The position numbers and the translations under genes are program-made. This document shows, piece after piece, positions 9,642-20,300 of a DNA stretch of 64,000 nucleotides (the first letter of the stretch is position 1; every line of letters begins with the position of its first letter). The stretch comes from a bacterium (GTDB lineage: Bacteria; Bacillota_I; Bacilli_A; RF39; UBA660), in NCBI GenBank assembly GCA_029100545.1, contig JAQXPH010000016.1:10008-74007 (forward strand), read 5' to 3'. Below the pieces are notes generated by a model, which was not told the DNA's origin, searched no databases, and saw only the letters and a program-made list of their open reading frames with translations.

Positions 9642-11108
9642 ATGAGTAGATTTGAAAATAAAATTATTAATGAAAGTACAAAATTTTATGAGAAATTAAA
9701 ACTTTTTTATAGTAGTGCTAAAGTAGAAGGAATGTCTCTATCTTCTTTTGATGATGAATTTAAAGATAACAAATCAAGAATAGATTTTATTATTAAATTA
9801 ATAAAACTTGATGAAAACGGAAAACTTTCAAATAAAATGCATCAATTACTTGAAGAAAATTATGAATATTTTACAAGTTTTATAAAAGGGCAGTATTTTC
9901 CAAAACCATTAACTATACCTAAAGAAATAATGAAAAATATTAAAGAAACAGGAATTCCACTTATAGAGGATTTGCCTTCGAAAGATGATTTATCATTATT
10001 ATTAGATTTAATCGAAAGAAATTATACTATGTGTTGTGAAATATTTGCTAATAAAAAGATAATTGTAAAACTTCCTAGTGATAGTATTCATCATGACATA
10101 TATGAACAATTAGAAATAAGAGAAGACAATATTGCTCATCTATTGGGACTTACTAGTTCAAATTCTTTAATAAACCTTTATATTTCTAAAACTGGTAATA
10201 ATAGTCCTGCAATTAATATGCCAAAATATTTTATATCTCATGTAGGAAAAAACATATTAATTGAAGAAAATGAAAAAATAAGAGATTTTGTAAAAATATT
10301 TAGTTCAAAAGATAATGAATTATTTAAACAAGAGTTTAAGAAAAAATTTGGTTATGAGTATCCTCTTATTGAATTTAATAAATTAATAGTAAAAAATACT
10401 AGTTTATTTAATTATGAAAGTTTAAATTTTAATGAAATAATTGTAGATCATATAGAAAAAGATATTAATTGTGATTTATTTGTTCCTCATTATAATGGTA
10501 ATTTTTCTGAAACTAGCTCAAAGTATAAATCTTGGGTTGAAGAATTAATTGATTTATATTATCATTTTGCAAATTTATCAATTGATAAACAAAATGAAGT
10601 GTTAAAAGATTTTCCTCAATTTACAAACTTTTTTTGTAATAAAACAATAATTGAACAATTAAAGGATAATTTAAGTTCAAAATTTTTAACTGATTTTAAT
10701 ATATCAAATCCAGATTTAACTAAACAAATTAATAATTTAAAAAATAAAATTATGTCTTTATTTGATTATGATTTATCAGTAATAGGATTTAGAACTATAA
10801 ATATGCACACATTTAATAATGATAATATAGTTTTTGAAAAAATATGCACTTCAATTTTAACAGAAACAACACCAACAATATTAGAAAGATATTATAAAGA
10901 TGGAAGAGTTTATTTTATAGATAAAATTGTTTCTTCTGATGGAAAAATTTTAAAAATAAGTAATGCTAAAGATGAACTTGAATATTTAGAAAGACATGAT
11001 GAAACAAATAAAGAATATCAAACTTTATATAATAAAATAATTGAACTTGATAATATAACAAAAGAATATTCTATTTTTTTAGATAAAAATCATAATAAAA
11101 CAAGATAA
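9642..11108 (+). CDS. Hypothetical protein (488 aa), no recognisable domain
   Basis: Long clean ORF with AT-rich codon usage matching its neighbours. Function not assigned. Confidence 0.5.
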   Translation: MSRFENKIINESTKFYEKLKLFYSSAKVEGMSLSSFDDEFKDNKSRIDFIIKLIKLDENGKLSNKMHQLLEENYEYFTSFIKGQYFPKPLTIPKEIMKNIKETGIPLIEDLPSKDDLSLLLDLIERNYTMCCEIFANKKIIVKLPSDSIHHDIYEQLEIREDNIAHLLGLTSSNSLINLYISKTGNNSPAINMPKYFISHVGKNILIEENEKIRDFVKIFSSKDNELFKQEFKKKFGYEYPLIEFNKLIVKNTSLFNYESLNFNEIIVDHIEKDINCDLFVPHYNGNFSETSSKYKSWVEELIDLYYHFANLSIDKQNEVLKDFPQFTNFFCNKTIIEQLKDNLSSKFLTDFNISNPDLTKQINNLKNKIMSLFDYDLSVIGFRTINMHTFNNDNIVFEKICTSILTETTPTILERYYKDGRVYFIDKIVSSDGKILKISNAKDELEYLERHDETNKEYQTLYNKIIELDNITKEYSIFLDKNHNKTR

Positions 11109-11149
11109 ATAATAATGTTTTGAAGTTTTTTTTATGTTATACTTAATAT

Positions 11150-13492
11150 ATGAATATTGATGATGTAAAAAATAATACTATTATAATTTGTAGTAATAAT
11201 GATAAAAAAAACATTTTAAAAAAATTAAATAAAATAAATAAATTATTACCTATAAAATTTATAAATAAGAAAGAATTTATTACTTCCTTAACTTTTTCTT
11301 ATGACAATAAAACATTATATTATGTTACTAAAAAATATAATATAAAAAAAAGTATTGCAAGAACTTATTTAGATAATTTATATTACATAGAAAATAAAAA
11401 ATATGATAATGAAAAACTTGATTTTTTAGTAAATTTAAAAAATGATCTTGAAAATAATAATTTACTTATAAAAAATAATTTATTTTTAAAATTTATAGAA
11501 AATAAAGATGTTATATTTTACAATTTAGGTTATATAGATAAATTTCTAATGAATTTAATTAATTTTATTAAGCCAATTTGTAATGTAAAAATTGAAGAAA
11601 AAGAAAATAATAATTTTGAACATGATGTATATGAATTTGTAAATATTAATGATGAAATTTCTTTTGTAGCAAGTCAAATTTGTAAATTAATTAATGATGG
11701 TATTAATATTAATAATATTAAATTAGTGTGCCCAGATAATGATTATTATCATTATATAAAAAGAATATTTAAAATGTATAATATACCTGTAAATATAAAT
11801 AATGAAGATAGCATTTATTTTACAAATGTATGTAAATATTTAATAGATAATTTTACATCTGATTTAACTCATGTAATTAATGAAATGAAGAGTAAATTTG
11901 ATTTAGATTTAGTAAGTAAAATAATTAAAGTTATAAATAATTATACTTTTGAAGAAGACAAGATAAAAGTAAAAGATTTAATAATCGAAGATTTAAAAAA
12001 TACTTATATTAATAATGAAAAATATATTAATGCAGTTGAATTTATTAATTTAAATGAATCTAATGAAGATGATTATGTTTTTTTAATGGGATTTAATGAA
12101 AAGTTTGTTCCTAAGATATATAAAGATGAAGATTATTTAACAGATAATGAAAAGAAAATATTAAATATTTCTACTTCTATAGAAAAAAATAAATATGAAA
12201 AAAAATATACTATTTCATTAATAAAATCTATTAAAAATTTAACTATTACATTCAAATTAGAAAATACGCAAAATACATTTTATCCTTCAGGATTAATAAA
12301 TGAAATGGATTTAAAAATATTACATACTAATGTTAATTATAATTATTCAAACTTAGCTAATAAAATTAAATTATGTTCTTATTTAGATAGATTTTATAAA
12401 TATAATGAAGAAAATAAAGATTTAGCATTACTTTATAATAATTATCATTTAAATTATAGAAATTATGATAATACCTTTAAAAATATAAATTCTGATTTAT
12501 TAAATAAATTATTTAATGATAATTTAAAACTATCATATTCTTCAATGGAAAATTATAATGAATGTTCTTTTAAATTTTTAATAACTAATATTTTGAAATT
12601 AGATGTTTTTGAGGATAATTTTGCAGCTTTTTTAGGATCACTTTTTCATCATATTTTAGAAATTGGTTTAGATAGGGAAATTAATTTAGATGATGAAATT
12701 AATAAATATTTAATCGAAAGTAATAAAGATTTTTCTAATAAAGATTTATTTTATGTTGAGAAAATAAAAAAAGATATTTTATTATCACTTGAAGTTATTA
12801 AAGAACAATCAAAATATTCTACACTTAAAAATATAAAAAATGAAAATGAATTTGATGTTACTTTTGAAGGCAAATTTAATACCATTTTTAAAGGCTTTAT
12901 TGATAAAATAATATATAAGATAATTGATGATAATATATATGTTGCTATAATTGATTATAAAACTTACGATATTGATGCTAAAATGGATTTATTAAAACAT
13001 GGTTTAAAAATCCAATTACCAATTTATTTATATTTAGTTAAGAAAAATATGCCAAATGCTATTATAGTCGGTTTTTATATTCAAAAGGTTTTAAATTTAG
13101 AAAATACATATAATGAAACAGAAAGTTTAGTGGAAAGAAAAAAGAAAAATCTTAAATTATCAGGTTATTCTAATAGTGATGGCCATATAATTGGTTTGCT
13201 TGATTATAACTATAAAGATTCAAATGTAATAAAAGGGTTAAAAGTTAAAAATGATGGTTCATATTATCAATATAGTAAAGTTTTATCTAATGAGCAAATG
13301 GATGAAATTTATAATGATGTAGAAAATGTTATTAAAAATGTAATTAATAATATAGAAAATGGTAAATTTGATATAAATCCTAAAGTATATGAAGAAAAAA
13401 ATATTTCGTGTACATATTGTAAATTTAAAGATTTATGTTATAAAACTAGTAAGGATGAAGTTACTATAGAAAAGGAGGATAAAAATGAGTAA
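11150..13492 (+). CDS. addB: ATP-dependent helicase/deoxyribonuclease subunit B (AddB/RexB)
   Basis: 780 aa directly upstream of, and overlapping, addA. C-terminal RecB-type nuclease segment (VAIIDYKTYDID) plus a Cys cluster (CTYCKFKDLC) typical of the AddB Fe-S nuclease domain. Confidence 0.75.
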   Translation: MNIDDVKNNTIIICSNNDKKNILKKLNKINKLLPIKFINKKEFITSLTFSYDNKTLYYVTKKYNIKKSIARTYLDNLYYIENKKYDNEKLDFLVNLKNDLENNNLLIKNNLFLKFIENKDVIFYNLGYIDKFLMNLINFIKPICNVKIEEKENNNFEHDVYEFVNINDEISFVASQICKLINDGININNIKLVCPDNDYYHYIKRIFKMYNIPVNINNEDSIYFTNVCKYLIDNFTSDLTHVINEMKSKFDLDLVSKIIKVINNYTFEEDKIKVKDLIIEDLKNTYINNEKYINAVEFINLNESNEDDYVFLMGFNEKFVPKIYKDEDYLTDNEKKILNISTSIEKNKYEKKYTISLIKSIKNLTITFKLENTQNTFYPSGLINEMDLKILHTNVNYNYSNLANKIKLCSYLDRFYKYNEENKDLALLYNNYHLNYRNYDNTFKNINSDLLNKLFNDNLKLSYSSMENYNECSFKFLITNILKLDVFEDNFAAFLGSLFHHILEIGLDREINLDDEINKYLIESNKDFSNKDLFYVEKIKKDILLSLEVIKEQSKYSTLKNIKNENEFDVTFEGKFNTIFKGFIDKIIYKIIDDNIYVAIIDYKTYDIDAKMDLLKHGLKIQLPIYLYLVKKNMPNAIIVGFYIQKVLNLENTYNETESLVERKKKNLKLSGYSNSDGHIIGLLDYNYKDSNVIKGLKVKNDGSYYQYSKVLSNEQMDEIYNDVENVIKNVINNIENGKFDINPKVYEEKNISCTYCKFKDLCYKTSKDEVTIEKEDKNE

Positions 13493-16400
13493 TTGGACAC
13501 CAGAGCAAAAGCGAGCAATAAATGAAAGTGGTACTAATATTATTGTTTCCGCAGGCGCTGGATCTGGTAAAACAGCAGTTTTAACTCAAAGAGTTATTAC
13601 CAAGTTAAAAAATGGAATTTCAATTAATAATTTACTTATTTTAACCTTTACTAACGCTGCTGCGATGGAAATGAAAGAAAGAATAAGGGGAGCACTTTCT
13701 TCAGATGAGTCTTTAAGTAGTGAACTTGAACTTCTTGATAGTAGTTATATAACAACATTTGACTCTTTTGCACTTTCTATTGTAAAAAAATATCATTATT
13801 TATTAAATATTTCTAAAGATATTAGTATATTAGATAAAAGCATATGTGATAATGTCCGTAGTCAAATACTAGATGATATTTTCGAAGAAAAATATTATAA
13901 TAAAGATGAAAATTTTCTTAAAATGATTAGTGATTTAACAGTTAAAGATGATACAACTATAAAAAAAGAAATATTATCACTTAATGAACTTTTAGATAGG
14001 TTAATAAATAAAAAAGAATATTTAGAAAGTTTTATAAATAATTTTTATAATGAGAATAACATTCAAAATATTATTAATCAGTTTTATGAATTAATAAATA
14101 AAAAAATTCAAAAAATATCTAAAATATATGAAAATATAAGTAGTTTTTGTGATGAAAAATTTTATCAAAAATTAAGCGAACAAATTCTTCCTTTATTAAA
14201 TAGTAAAACTTATAATGAATTTAAAAATAATTGCAAAGTAAAACTTCCTTCGCTACCAAAAGACTCTGAAGAACAATTAAAAATAAATAAAGAACAATTA
14301 AAAAAAGAAATTGATTATTTACATAATATATTAATTTATAAAGATGAAAATCATTTAAAAAGTACTTTAAAAAGCACTTTACCTTATGCAAGGGCTATAA
14401 TAGATATTATACTTGAGTTAGATGTAAAATTATTAAAATTTAAAAATAATGAAGATGAATATGAATTTAATGATATTGCTAAAATGGCAATTGATGTAGT
14501 AAAAAATAATCCTAAAGTAAAAGAAGAAATAACTTTATCTTTTAAAGAAATAATGGTTGATGAATATCAAGATACCTCTGATATACAAGAAACATTAATT
14601 AATTTAATTTCCAATAATAATGTCTATATGGTAGGAGATATTAAACAATCAATATATCGTTTTCGTAATGCTAATCCACTTATTTTTAAAAATAAATATA
14701 ATGATTATGCAAATGGAATTGGTGGAATAAAAATAGACTTATTAAAAAACTTTAGATCAAGAAATGAAGTAATTAATAATATAAATAAAATTTTTAATTT
14801 ACTAATGGATGAAGATATTGGAGGAGCAGATTATAAAGTATCTCATCAAATGGTATTTGGTAATGATTTATATGAAAAAGAAAAAGTAAGTGATGCAAAT
14901 CTTGATATTTTAATTTATAATAAAGAAAATAAAAAATATAGTGAAAGTGAATATGAAGCTTTTATAATAGCAAATGATATTCAAAATAAACTAAATAATA
15001 ATTATTTAGTTATAGATAAAGATACTAAAACTTTAAGGCCATGTAAACATGATGATTTTTGTATATTACTTGATCGTAAAAATTCATTTGAAACATATAA
15101 AAAAATATTTGAATATTTATCAATTCCTTTAGTAATTTATTATGATGAAAAAATAACAAATGAAAAAGATGTCTTAGTTATAAAAAATATTATAAATCTT
15201 ATAATCAAAATTTATAATAAAGAGTATGACAAAAAATTTAAATATTATTTTTATTCTATTTTAAGAAGTTTTATTTTTAATGAAAGTGATGAAACTTATG
15301 TAAATTATTTTATTAATAATAATTATTATGATAGTGATTTATTTAAAAAATGTGAAACTATAGCTAAAAAGCTTGATAGTTTAACAAATAAATCTTTAAT
15401 TGAAGAAATAGTAAATGAATTTGATTTTTATGAAAAAGGTATTTTAGTCGGAGATATTGATAAAATGATTATTAGAATAGATTATTTAATGTCTTTGGCA
15501 GAAAATCTTTCAAAGCTAGGATATAGTATAAATATGTTTAGTGATTATTTAAATAATTTAATTTTAAATGATAGTGATATTACTTTTTCATTAAATCCTA
15601 AAGTAAGTGGAAGTATAAGACTTATGAATATTCATAAATCTAAAGGGTTAGAATTTCCAATATGTTATTATGCTGGTTTTAATAAATCTTTTAATAAAAC
15701 AGATACTTATAAACTATTTAATTTTGATAAAGATTTAGGAATTATTCTACCATTTTATGATGATGGAGTGGGAAGTACTATTTTAAAAACTTTATATAAG
15801 GAAAAATATTTAAAAGAAGATATTTCGGAAAGAATTAGACTTTTTTATGTAGCACTTACTAGAGCAAAAGAGAAAATGATTATGGTAATGCCAAATAAAG
15901 ATGAAATAATTAATTTTAAAGAAGATTATTATTCTTTTATATCATTTATAGATTCTATTAGTTATGCTTTAAAAGATAATATAAAATATATAGATAACAT
16001 ACTTTTAACTAAAAAATATAATTATTTTAAAGAAAAAAATATACATTTTAAAGATGATAATAATAAAATAAATATTAAAGAAATTAATGTAGATATGACT
16101 AAGACTATTTCAAGTGGCGCCTCTAAAAAAGTGGTAAATTTACTTACTAATGAAGAAGTTAAAATAATGGAATATGGTACTAAAGTTCATGAATTACTAG
16201 AACTATCAGACTTTAATAATTCAGATAATGATATAGTAAATAAACTTATTAATAAAATAGAACCTAATTTTATAAATGTTTATAAGGAATATGAATTTAT
16301 TGATTATATTGATAATGTAGAATATAATGGTATAATAGATTTAATAGTAGAATATAGTGATAAAGTTTTAATAATTGATTATAAATTATCTAATATAGAT

Positions 16401-16517
16401 GATGAAAATTATATAAAACAATTAAGTATATATAAAAAATATATCGAAAATAAAATAAATAAAAATATTGAAACTTATTTATATTCAATTATTAATGATG
16501 AATTAAAATTAGTATAA
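13485..16517 (+). CDS. addA: ATP-dependent helicase/nuclease subunit A (AddA, UvrD/PcrA superfamily)
   Basis: UvrD-type N-terminus TPEQKRAI...AGAGSGKTAVLTQRV, helicase motifs (VDEYQDTS, FRSRNEV), and a C-terminal nuclease motif (LIIDYKLS). Confidence 0.85.
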   Translation: MSNWTPEQKRAINESGTNIIVSAGAGSGKTAVLTQRVITKLKNGISINNLLILTFTNAAAMEMKERIRGALSSDESLSSELELLDSSYITTFDSFALSIVKKYHYLLNISKDISILDKSICDNVRSQILDDIFEEKYYNKDENFLKMISDLTVKDDTTIKKEILSLNELLDRLINKKEYLESFINNFYNENNIQNIINQFYELINKKIQKISKIYENISSFCDEKFYQKLSEQILPLLNSKTYNEFKNNCKVKLPSLPKDSEEQLKINKEQLKKEIDYLHNILIYKDENHLKSTLKSTLPYARAIIDIILELDVKLLKFKNNEDEYEFNDIAKMAIDVVKNNPKVKEEITLSFKEIMVDEYQDTSDIQETLINLISNNNVYMVGDIKQSIYRFRNANPLIFKNKYNDYANGIGGIKIDLLKNFRSRNEVINNINKIFNLLMDEDIGGADYKVSHQMVFGNDLYEKEKVSDANLDILIYNKENKKYSESEYEAFIIANDIQNKLNNNYLVIDKDTKTLRPCKHDDFCILLDRKNSFETYKKIFEYLSIPLVIYYDEKITNEKDVLVIKNIINLIIKIYNKEYDKKFKYYFYSILRSFIFNESDETYVNYFINNNYYDSDLFKKCETIAKKLDSLTNKSLIEEIVNEFDFYEKGILVGDIDKMIIRIDYLMSLAENLSKLGYSINMFSDYLNNLILNDSDITFSLNPKVSGSIRLMNIHKSKGLEFPICYYAGFNKSFNKTDTYKLFNFDKDLGIILPFYDDGVGSTILKTLYKEKYLKEDISERIRLFYVALTRAKEKMIMVMPNKDEIINFKEDYYSFISFIDSISYALKDNIKYIDNILLTKKYNYFKEKNIHFKDDNNKINIKEINVDMTKTISSGASKKVVNLLTNEEVKIMEYGTKVHELLELSDFNNSDNDIVNKLINKIEPNFINVYKEYEFIDYIDNVEYNGIIDLIVEYSDKVLIIDYKLSNIDDENYIKQLSIYKKYIENKINKNIETYLYSIINDELKLV

Positions 16518-16579
16518 AAATAATTTTAAAATGAAATTAATAGTATTAAAAAATAGAAAAGTATAATAGAAAGGTAAAT

Positions 16580-17092
16580 ATGAATAAAAAATTATTATTA
16601 ATAATAGATTTACAAGAAAGTTTTATAAACGAAAGTACAAAATTTCTTCCCCAAAAAATAGAAAAATTATTAATTAGTAATAAATTTGATTACATAGTTT
16701 TTACTAAATTTATAAATGATGATAAAAGTGATTTTTATAGAATTCTTAATTATAAAGGTTGTATGACTGAAAAAGATAGAAATATTGTCATTGATACGAA
16801 AGATTATAGGGTAATAGAAAAAAGAGTTTATACCGCTTATAATGATGAATTAAAATCATATATTGATTCTAATAATATTAAAACAATATATTTATGTGGA
16901 ATTGATACAGATGCATGTGTATTAAAAACAACTCTTGATTTATTTGAAAATAATTTAGATGTAAAAGTAATAGAAGATTGTTCAATGAGCCACTCTGGAA
17001 TTGAATATCATAATTCAGCGATTAATATGTTAAGAAAATTAATTGGAAATCAAAATGTAATTAAAATGTTAGGAAGTGTTAATAATGACTGA
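16580..17092 (+). CDS. Isochorismatase-family cysteine hydrolase (PncA/YcaC-like)
   Basis: LLIIDLQESF ... YLCGIDTDACVLKTTLDL (catalytic Cys context) ... 170 aa. Confidence 0.7.
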   Translation: MNKKLLLIIDLQESFINESTKFLPQKIEKLLISNKFDYIVFTKFINDDKSDFYRILNYKGCMTEKDRNIVIDTKDYRVIEKRVYTAYNDELKSYIDSNNIKTIYLCGIDTDACVLKTTLDLFENNLDVKVIEDCSMSHSGIEYHNSAINMLRKLIGNQNVIKMLGSVNND

Positions 17093-17363
17093 ATATGAAG
17101 AATTATTTAAAAATTTTTCTAAATTGGGATTGGATGAAAAAAGAAATAAGTATAGTGAAGAAATGATTAAAGTAGCATTATTACTTAAATCATTCTTAAA
17201 TCAAAGAAATTTAGAATTAATTGATATGCCTTATAATTATAAAAGTGGTGAAGATAAAAAATTGACGGAAACTGATTTGCTAAATATTAATTTTAGAGAT
17301 TTATATATATTGAAAACTGAATTATTAATGCTTTTTAATTATATAAATGAAGACAGAAAGTAG
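17085..17363 (+). CDS. Small hypothetical protein, translationally coupled to the isochorismatase-like gene (ATGACTGA overlap)
   Basis: AGGAAG Shine-Dalgarno then ATG at 17085; the upstream TGA stop is at 17090-17092. Confidence 0.45.
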   Translation: MTEYEELFKNFSKLGLDEKRNKYSEEMIKVALLLKSFLNQRNLELIDMPYNYKSGEDKKLTETDLLNINFRDLYILKTELLMLFNYINEDRK

Positions 17364-17372
17364 GCGTCATAA

Positions 17373-18368
17373 ATGAATGAATATGTATCAGGAATTAAAA
17401 GTAAATTTGGATATAGTGATGAATTATCAGAGTTTTTAAGTCAGTTAATTCCTAATCTAATTAAGTATTATGGTGAAGAATATAAGGATATTATACTTTC
17501 GGCCTTATCAAATTGTGAAATACATTTTCAAAGTAAAGATGAAGATCCTAAAAGATTTTTAAATTCATACTTTGATATTAATAAAGAATGGGAAATGCCA
17601 GATCTTGGTGGTGCTTTTTATCATAACGAAATTAAAGTAAAAGATAATCAAGTAGTTGCTAAACCTATTGTCTATTTAAAAAGAGTTTATTTTGGTATGT
17701 ATATGCCGTTTGATTTTAATGATGACAAACAAGTTAATACTTTAATTCACGAGATATGCCATTTAATCAAGGGGTATGGTAAATTAAAAGTAGAAAATGG
17801 GAAAATAATTGATTCAACCGGATTAATGAGAGATACCTATTCATATAGTCAGGAAAATGGTGTTGTTGAAGAAAAAAACGATATGGTAGGAATTGAAGAA
17901 GCACTAAATGATGTAGAAACAGCACAAATATTAGAAATGATGACTGGAAGAAAACAAGAAGTTGGTGGATATAAAGCTGCTGGTTATTCTGCTACACGAT
18001 TATTGCAACATAGTGACATTGCAAAAGTAATAAGAATTTCACAATTTCGTGGCGATAATAGTTGGATTCAATATCTTGGTGAAGAACAAAGTAAAATATT
18101 AATAGAAAATTTTGATGTTTTAGTAAATGCAATGTATGTATCTTTTAGTGATATTAATACAAAAGCCAAAAGAGAAGCTTTTTATAATAAAATGGGATTA
18201 GCTCAAGATGTTATAGATGATTTTGTTGATAATTATTGTTCCAAAGAAGACATGGAAGCATTTATACAATCATTAGCTGTTGCAGATAAAAAAACTATTG
18301 AAATGATACAACAAATGAGTGTTGTTAATCATAATACCGAAGAAGTTTCTTCATCAATAATGAGGTGA
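17373..18368 (+). CDS. Putative zinc metalloprotease (HEXXH motif)
   Basis: LIHEICHLIKG (HEXXH), with a downstream glutamate-rich segment (GIEEALNDVE) as a possible third ligand. No signal peptide. Confidence 0.4.
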   Translation: MNEYVSGIKSKFGYSDELSEFLSQLIPNLIKYYGEEYKDIILSALSNCEIHFQSKDEDPKRFLNSYFDINKEWEMPDLGGAFYHNEIKVKDNQVVAKPIVYLKRVYFGMYMPFDFNDDKQVNTLIHEICHLIKGYGKLKVENGKIIDSTGLMRDTYSYSQENGVVEEKNDMVGIEEALNDVETAQILEMMTGRKQEVGGYKAAGYSATRLLQHSDIAKVIRISQFRGDNSWIQYLGEEQSKILIENFDVLVNAMYVSFSDINTKAKREAFYNKMGLAQDVIDDFVDNYCSKEDMEAFIQSLAVADKKTIEMIQQMSVVNHNTEEVSSSIMR

Positions 18369-18374
18369 AAAATT

Positions 18375-18959
18375 ATGAAAGTACCTTTAAGATTCCAAAT
18401 TACTGAATTTGATTGTGGATCAGTTTCGATTTTGAATGCATTTAGCTATTTATATGATAGAGAAGAAATACCAGCTTTATTAATTAAGCAAATTCATAAA
18501 TACACACTAGATTGTTATGATGAAAATGGTAATTTGGGTAATGGTGGAACAAGTAAAGAAGCAATTAATAAACTTACAACTTGGATAACAAATTATGCAA
18601 ATAATAATGATTTTGATGTTTTATGTGAGAGATTAGTAGGAAATTCAGTTTCATTAGAAAAAATGATTAATTGCCTAAATGAAAATGGTGTTATATTTGT
18701 TAGATGTTGGCAAACCAACGAACACTATGTAATTATTACAAAAATTAAAAATAATAAATTGTATATTTTTGATCCATACTATTTTGATAAAACATATTAT
18801 GATAAAGATAAGCAAGTTAAAATAGTATTTAATAAACCATTTACTCACAATCGAATAGTTTCGTTTAAAAGATTTTTTTCAGAAACGCATAAAGATTTTT
18901 CTTTAGGCCCTATTGATAATCGTGAATGTGTATTAATAAAAAGAAAAGGTGAAAAATAA
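18375..18959 (+). CDS. Peptidase C39-like (papain-fold Cys/His) domain protein
   Basis: QITEFDCGSVSILNAF matches the C39 N-terminal Q....DCG..S motif. A downstream NEHYVIITKI...IFDPYY supplies the His/Asp. Confidence 0.5.
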   Translation: MKVPLRFQITEFDCGSVSILNAFSYLYDREEIPALLIKQIHKYTLDCYDENGNLGNGGTSKEAINKLTTWITNYANNNDFDVLCERLVGNSVSLEKMINCLNENGVIFVRCWQTNEHYVIITKIKNNKLYIFDPYYFDKTYYDKDKQVKIVFNKPFTHNRIVSFKRFFSETHKDFSLGPIDNRECVLIKRKGEK

Positions 18960-19672
18960 TGAAAATTCAAGTTATTGGAACTGGTAGTATGTGGACCAAA
19001 TATAATAGTGCTTGTTATTTAATTGATGATAATATAATGATTGATTTTCCAAATGGTGCTTGTAAGTATTTATATAGATTAGATATTATACCAAATACGA
19101 TTAATAATATTGTTTTAACTCATTTTCATGGAGACCATTATTTTGATATGCCATTTTATATATTAAATAAATCCAAAAGTGAAAATAAAGATGTTAATAT
19201 ATTTTGTTCCAAAGAAGGAAAGAAAAAAATTAATAAAATTGGTGTTTTAGCTTTTCCAAACTCATTTAAGGAAGCTTGTAATTCGCTTAATTTAAGGTAT
19301 TATTTTAATGATAATTTTATAATTGAAGATTATAAAGTAGAAAAGGTGTTAGTGAAGCATGGAAGAATGAAACCAGCTTTTGGTTATATTTTTTCAAAAG
19401 GCAATATATGTGTAGGCTTTACTGGTGATACTTCCTTATGTGAAAATGTAGAATTTTTATCATCAAAATGTAAATATTTATTTTGTGATTGTATGCTTAT
19501 TAAAGGCAATGGTAAACATCAAGGAATAGATAATTTAGAGTATTTATCAAAAAAATATCCAAACTGCACTTTTGTTGTTAGTCATTTAGAAGATGTAACT
19601 AGAGAAAAATTAAATGAAATGAATATTCAAAACATTATAGTTCCAGAAGATGGCAAAATAATAAAAATATGA
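18959..19672 (+). CDS. MBL-fold metallo-hydrolase
   Basis: LTHFHGDHYFDM (HxHxDH) motif, C-terminal His (VVSHLED). ATGA overlap with the upstream gene. Confidence 0.7.
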   Translation: MKIQVIGTGSMWTKYNSACYLIDDNIMIDFPNGACKYLYRLDIIPNTINNIVLTHFHGDHYFDMPFYILNKSKSENKDVNIFCSKEGKKKINKIGVLAFPNSFKEACNSLNLRYYFNDNFIIEDYKVEKVLVKHGRMKPAFGYIFSKGNICVGFTGDTSLCENVEFLSSKCKYLFCDCMLIKGNGKHQGIDNLEYLSKKYPNCTFVVSHLEDVTREKLNEMNIQNIIVPEDGKIIKI

Positions 19673-19730
19673 TTACTAATAAATATAGCTTTTATAATAA
19701 TAAAGATAAGAAAGGAATGTGATTCATTTT

Positions 19731-20126
19731 ATGAAAAAATATAATATATTTTATGAAGTAAAAATAGTAAATATAATTCTTATTATTTTAGGATTAGGTT
19801 TAACAATTTTTAGTGTAGTAAGTCAAGGTAAATTAGATTATACTTCTTTAATAATTACAATTTTATTAATTTTAATTTTATTAAAAGATGTTGTAAGATA
19901 CAAAAATATTAAGAATAACGGCAAACTAATTAAAAATGCAAAATATAAAATAGTTACTTTGAATAATAATAAGAAAGTTTTAAGAGTTGAATATAAAGAA
20001 AAAGATAAACCAATTGTTCTTACTGGTAGAATTACATTTAAATATATTGAAGATAGTGGTACTACTGATTTATTAGTAAATAAAAAAGATCCAAATGAAT
20101 TTTACGCATTTGGACCTTCAAAATAA
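19731..20126 (+). CDS. Small membrane protein (hypothetical)
   Basis: Two hydrophobic helices (IVNIILIILGLGLTIFSVV; LIITILLILILL). Confidence 0.4.
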   Translation: MKKYNIFYEVKIVNIILIILGLGLTIFSVVSQGKLDYTSLIITILLILILLKDVVRYKNIKNNGKLIKNAKYKIVTLNNNKKVLRVEYKEKDKPIVLTGRITFKYIEDSGTTDLLVNKKDPNEFYAFGPSK

Positions 20127-20300
20127 CTTTATAATTTCTATTATCATGTAAAGATACATATAATGATGAAAAGATAAAGTTTAATGTAATAGGTAAGCTT
20201 TACTCCTATTACAATATTATTATATGCATTTAAAAATAATTTATACTACCATAATTGCCTTTTGGTAGTATTTATTTTATAATTTAATTGGTGATTGTTT

